Shown: positions 60,409-64,000 of the stretch, piece by piece
Position numbering within the stretch: position 1 is the first letter of the stretch
Layout of the letters: each line of letters starts with the position of its first letter
From: Nitrospirota bacterium
Lineage (GTDB): Bacteria; Nitrospirota; Thermodesulfovibrionia; Thermodesulfovibrionales; Dissulfurispiraceae
Assembly: GCA_963710375.1 (NCBI GenBank)
Contig: CAVPZX010000005.1
Span: 320,001-384,000, forward strand
Direction of reading: 5' to 3'
DNA: 64,000 bases
Program-made: the position numbers and the translations under genes
Notes under the pieces: generated by a model
Databases searched by the model: none
What the model was told of the DNA's origin: nothing
What the model saw: the letters and a program-made list of their open reading frames with translations, nothing else

Positions 60409-61293
60409 TTAATCGCTAAACAGAAAGGGATTTTTAGGCTTGTGACACTTGCCGCAAAGTATTTTGGCCCTGCTTTTTCCCACAAGCCAGGTATGTGGTT
60501 TGTGGCAGTACATACAATCGATCCCTTGCCGAAAGTGCAACGCATGTTGGCCTGAAGAGGTCTTATTGTGGTGGCACTTGTTCACGCAGGTTGCTGCAGC
60601 AGGCTCAACAGCGCTATGCGGTTTGTGGCACGCGTGGCAGAGAAGTCCTGACATCGGACCAGTTTTATGGACTTGAGTGTGGCACCTGTTGCACCGGTCG
60701 TTGGGAATCATCTTAGGTGTTTTTTCGGAGAAAGCATGGCAGCTGAGGCATGAGGACGTATCCATGCCGACCCCGTGAACGCTCTTGTCCTTATGGCAGT
60801 TCTGACACGCTGTTTCAGAGGGTCGGAAATTATGAAATGTTCTCTCATGGCATACCCGGCATGTCAGTTTCTGGAAGAAGACATGCCGGGCATGTCCGTA
60901 CGACTCGGTAGTCGTAACAGAGCCCTGCTCAATACTTTCCATATGGCAACCCTTGCATGCTAACCAGGGTTTTTCACGGCCGTGGGTCTGGGCAAGTGGC
61001 TGAGTGCCTTTTACAACATACGCGATAAGGAGCCGGTTTTTCTCCAGGATGCTCAACTGGTGGCACTTCTGGCAGACCACGTCCCTGTGCTTGCCTTTTT
61101 CCCATTCGATAAAAGCATCTTTCATCAGGTGGCAGGTGGCACAGAACTGCGGGTCGTCCTCCGTATAGCGATTGTACCGGTAGCCGACCAGCAGACTGAG
61201 GATTGCAACAGTTACGAATGCGGCCAGAATAAATCCTTTGACATGCTCCAGCACCTTTTCAAGCAACTCGTCAATTTTGCTCTGTCTTTTCAT
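60409..61293 (-). CDS. Membrane-anchored multiheme cytochrome c (NapC/NirT-like N-terminus)
   Basis: N-terminal TM, then T..P.FC..CH.M; 10 CxxCH plus one CxxxCH. Confidence 0.88.
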   Translation of the reverse strand: MKRQSKIDELLEKVLEHVKGFILAAFVTVAILSLLVGYRYNRYTEDDPQFCATCHLMKDAFIEWEKGKHRDVVCQKCHQLSILEKNRLLIAYVVKGTQPLAQTHGREKPWLACKGCHMESIEQGSVTTTESYGHARHVFFQKLTCRVCHERTFHNFRPSETACQNCHKDKSVHGVGMDTSSCLSCHAFSEKTPKMIPNDRCNRCHTQVHKTGPMSGLLCHACHKPHSAVEPAAATCVNKCHHNKTSSGQHALHFRQGIDCMYCHKPHTWLVGKSRAKILCGKCHKPKNPFLFSD

Positions 61294-61323
61294 ATGAGCT
61301 ATTTTATGAATGCTCCGCTTGAA

Positions 61324-62325
61324 TCATTTCCCTCTCGCAGATATATCTTCCAGCACCCTTAATTTAGGGACCTCTCCCAGGGCAATCAACGTATCACCGG
61401 CTTCAATAATATTTTGTGAGGTGGGATTGAACTTCATCTCCCCCGAACTTTTTCTGATTGCGACAATGATAATCCCGAGGTCCCGCCCTATGCCGCCTTC
61501 GTCCAGTGTTACCCCGACTAGTCTGGAGCCCTCCGAAATAGAGACCTCTTCCATTTGAAGATCGATATTACCGCTTTGTGTAGCGAATTCTATAAAATCC
61601 ACTACAGCCGGCTTGAGTATAGTATGAGCGATATGGAGACCGCCTATATGATATGGCGATGTTACCCTGTCTGCACCGGCCCGGAGCAGTTTCCGTCCCG
61701 AACCCTCCTCCCCTGCACGGGCGACTATTAAAAGTTGGGGGTTGAGGCCGCGGGCACTCAGGACAACAAAAAGATTTTCCGCATCGGTCGGCAGTACCGT
61801 TATCAGTCCCTTTGCCTTTTCGATACCTGCATCTATCAGCACCGCATCTTGTGTTGCATCACCCTCTACAATAAGGATATTGTCTTTCTCATGCAGCTTA
61901 TTGGGGTTCTTTTCAATAACAATGAACTTTTCCCCCTTTGCATTTAACTCTCTGCATATGATTCTACCCATCCGGCCATACCCGCAAATAATATAGTGGT
62001 CATGCAGATCTCTTATTTTCTTTTCCAATCTATTCCTCCCGAACATGTCTTGAAGTTCTCCTTCCAGCACCACCTTGGCCCCCGTGCTAAGCGCGTAGAA
62101 AACCGTGCCCACACCCCCAATGATAAGGAAAATATTAAATATCCTTCCTTCCGACGATAGATTATGGACTTCCGCATAGCCGACAGTGGTAAGGGTTATA
62201 ATGGTCATATAAAGGGCATCAAGAAAATTCCATCGTTCTATGATGATAAAGCCTGCTGTGCCGATAGCGACTATCAGGAATATCAGCAGGCCGGAGAGTA
62301 TCAGTCTTTTTCTGAGTGTTTCCAA
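61324..62325 (-). CDS. Potassium channel with RCK (TrkA-N/TrkA-C) domains
   Basis: TTVGYA filter-like motif, CGYGRMG and GDAT. Confidence 0.92.
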   Translation of the reverse strand: METLRKRLILSGLLIFLIVAIGTAGFIIIERWNFLDALYMTIITLTTVGYAEVHNLSSEGRIFNIFLIIGGVGTVFYALSTGAKVVLEGELQDMFGRNRLEKKIRDLHDHYIICGYGRMGRIICRELNAKGEKFIVIEKNPNKLHEKDNILIVEGDATQDAVLIDAGIEKAKGLITVLPTDAENLFVVLSARGLNPQLLIVARAGEEGSGRKLLRAGADRVTSPYHIGGLHIAHTILKPAVVDFIEFATQSGNIDLQMEEVSISEGSRLVGVTLDEGGIGRDLGIIIVAIRKSSGEMKFNPTSQNIIEAGDTLIALGEVPKLRVLEDISARGK

Positions 62326-62867
62326 TTGTCTAATATTTTTTCCAACTGGGAATCAATGGATTTTTTATGCGAACCACACCAATAAACTTTACCACATTCC
62401 TTGCAAGTAAGAATAGACGTTGCGTTCAGAAAGACATATTCCGGGATCCGGTCGGCAACAGCTTCCCTATCTGTTGCAGCAAGTTCTCCGTTGCATAAAG
62501 TACACCGGGGAACACCTGAAAGGGGGAAAGAGGGACCATCTGAAAGGGGGAACCGGAGAATCGGAGAATCGGGGAAAAGTCTGTAGAGAACCTCTTTCAA
62601 CTGTTCAAGAGTCGAGTTGGAGTGTATGAGAATGACATCAGGCCCAACTTTGCTCCGATTCGCCGATTCCCCGGTTCCCCCTTTCAGCTTTATTGAGGGA
62701 CGCCGCGCGATACCTGTGTCTCTTGTTAAAAGGGTCCTCTCTTGCTGACGGGCTATCTTTATAAGTTCATTATCATCGATGGCCCTGAAATAGATTGTAT
62801 CGAAACCCAGTATCCTGAGCCATCTGGCAAGGCTTCCGAGCATAACATCAGCAATAAAACGAGGCAT
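62301..62867 (-). CDS. Mut7-C RNase domain protein
   Basis: F.AD.MLG.LARWLR.LG.D, LLTRD, RC..CNG and C..C..VYW.GSH. Confidence 0.9.
   Translation of the reverse strand: MPRFIADVMLGSLARWLRILGFDTIYFRAIDDNELIKIARQQERTLLTRDTGIARRPSIKLKGGTGESANRSKVGPDVILIHSNSTLEQLKEVLYRLFPDSPILRFPLSDGPSFPLSGVPRCTLCNGELAATDREAVADRIPEYVFLNATSILTCKECGKVYWCGSHKKSIDSQLEKILDNWKHSEKD
62540..62687. repeat. 8-bp periodic inverted repeat (GGAGAATC units) inside the Mut7-C gene
   Basis: 35-bp arms at 62540-62574 and 62653-62687, 3 mismatches. Confidence 0.88.
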
Positions 62868-62870
62868 AGG

Positions 62871-62933
62871 AAGGTTAAGGTCAAGGTTAAGGTTGAGAAA
62901 GGTTTTGACTTAACCTTAACCTCAACCTTATCC
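62871..62933. repeat. 6-bp periodic hairpin (AGGTTR units) downstream of rpoC
   Basis: aaggttaaggtcaaggttaaggttgag ... cttaaccttaacctcaacctt. Confidence 0.9.
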
Positions 62934-62942
62934 TGACTTTTG

Positions 62943-64000
62943 TTACTCTACTTCAGCTTCTTCATGCTCAAGCTGCATGGAATAAAAGTCGCCTTTGATG
63001 AAGGTGTCCCTATATATCTTCATGCCGGATCCAGCAGGTATTACCCTTCCCATAATAACGTTTTCTTTCAGTCCTCTGAGTTCGTCAACAAGCCCGCTCA
63101 ACGCCGCTTCGGTCAAGACCCTCGTGGTTTCCTGGAATGAGGCAGCTGAGACCCAGCTTTCCGTTGACAATGAGGCTTTCGTGATACCGAGCAGTAACGG
63201 CCTGCCCTGGGCAGGTCTCTCGCCTTCACCTCTTACACGCTCATTCTCTTCGGCAAATACCATCCTGTCGACTTCATCACCCATAAGAAATATCGTGTCG
63301 CCAGGGTCCTCAATCCGTATTTTCCGCATCATCTGCCGCACGATGACCTCGATATGCTTATCATTGATAGAGACGCCCTGCAGCCGATAGACCTTCTGCA
63401 CCTCGTCAACAAGATAGCTCTGCAATTCCTTTGGGCCGAGGATGTCGAGTATGCTGTGGGGATTTACCGCTCCATCCATCAGCGGTTCTCCTGCCTTGAC
63501 CCAGTCGCCTTCATGCACGGTAACGTGCTTGCCCTTAGGAATCAGGTATTCTCTCGACTCGCTGCCGCCTTTAACTACGACAACTCTCATCCCTTTATGC
63601 GCGCCCCTGAACTCGACAATGCCGTCGATTTCACTGACAATTGTCTGCTCCTTGGGCTTCCTGGCCTCAAAAAGCTCAGCGACCCTCGGGAGACCCCCGG
63701 TGATGTCCTTTGTTTTTGTAGTTTCCCTCGGTATCTTGGCAAGAATATCGCCTGGCGCCAGCAGATCTCCTCTTTCAACAAGCATATGAGCGCCCGCAGG
63801 CAGCAGATATCTGGCAGGGTTATTTGTGCCAGGGCTCTTAACGGTCTTGCCGTGTTCATCCTTTATCGAAATCCTGGGTCTCATATGAGCAGGATAGTCT
63901 ATGACGACCTTATGCGCTAGACCGGTGGTTTCGTCAACCTCTTCTTTAAAGGTTACGCCTTCGACAAGGTCGCCGAGCGCTATCCTGCCTCCGATTTCAG
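62943..64000 (-). CDS. rpoC: RNA polymerase beta' subunit, 3' part (partial)
   Basis: [26 protein letters not shown] and GLKENVI.G; frame open to the window edge. Confidence 0.98.
   Translation of the reverse strand, partial: EIGGRIALGDLVEGVTFKEEVDETTGLAHKVVIDYPAHMRPRISIKDEHGKTVKSPGTNNPARYLLPAGAHMLVERGDLLAPGDILAKIPRETTKTKDITGGLPRVAELFEARKPKEQTIVSEIDGIVEFRGAHKGMRVVVVKGGSESREYLIPKGKHVTVHEGDWVKAGEPLMDGAVNPHSILDILGPKELQSYLVDEVQKVYRLQGVSINDKHIEVIVRQMMRKIRIEDPGDTIFLMGDEVDRMVFAEENERVRGEGERPAQGRPLLLGITKASLSTESWVSAASFQETTRVLTEAALSGLVDELRGLKENVIMGRVIPAGSGMKIYRDTFIKGDFYSMQLEHEEAEVE

Noticed and set aside
165..62933. Periodic repeats as CRISPR arrays
   Set aside because: Units are 6-8 bp, contiguous and inverted, with no unique spacers and no cas genes.

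Overview
Bacterial chromosomal window. Gene content and order suggest an anaerobic diderm, possibly Nitrospirota (Thermodesulfovibrionia-like); this is inference. Contents in order: 3' end of rmuC; trpE-trpG-trpD; a ~17 kb surface-polysaccharide operon headed by a NusG/RfaH paralog; tRNA-Gly and tRNA-Cys; cold-shock gene; mfd; an HAO-like octaheme cytochrome; rseP-dxr-cdsA-uppS; bamD with lipid A genes (gnnA/gnnB-like, lpxB, waaA, lpxK); nifU-nifS; a TetR/ABC efflux operon; tRNA-Val; a porin; NrfD/NrfC/multiheme electron-transfer genes; 3' part of rpoC. The most striking unexplained structure is non-coding. About 20 hairpins have arms built of degenerate 6-, 7- or 8-bp tandem units, always with the purine-rich arm first. 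They sit at gene junctions, supply stop codons and invade coding sequences, and one coincides with a frameshift in trpE. One such hairpin is 'filled': its loop holds a complete AT-rich four-helix-bundle gene (23S rRNA IVP/Avd-like) whose start and stop codons come from the repeat arms, while three empty hairpins of the same unit lie elsewhere in the window. Six separate ~170-200 bp MITE-like elements and three +1 frameshifts (trpE, a GT4 glycosyltransferase, nifS) are also present. All calls are by eye; no searches were run.
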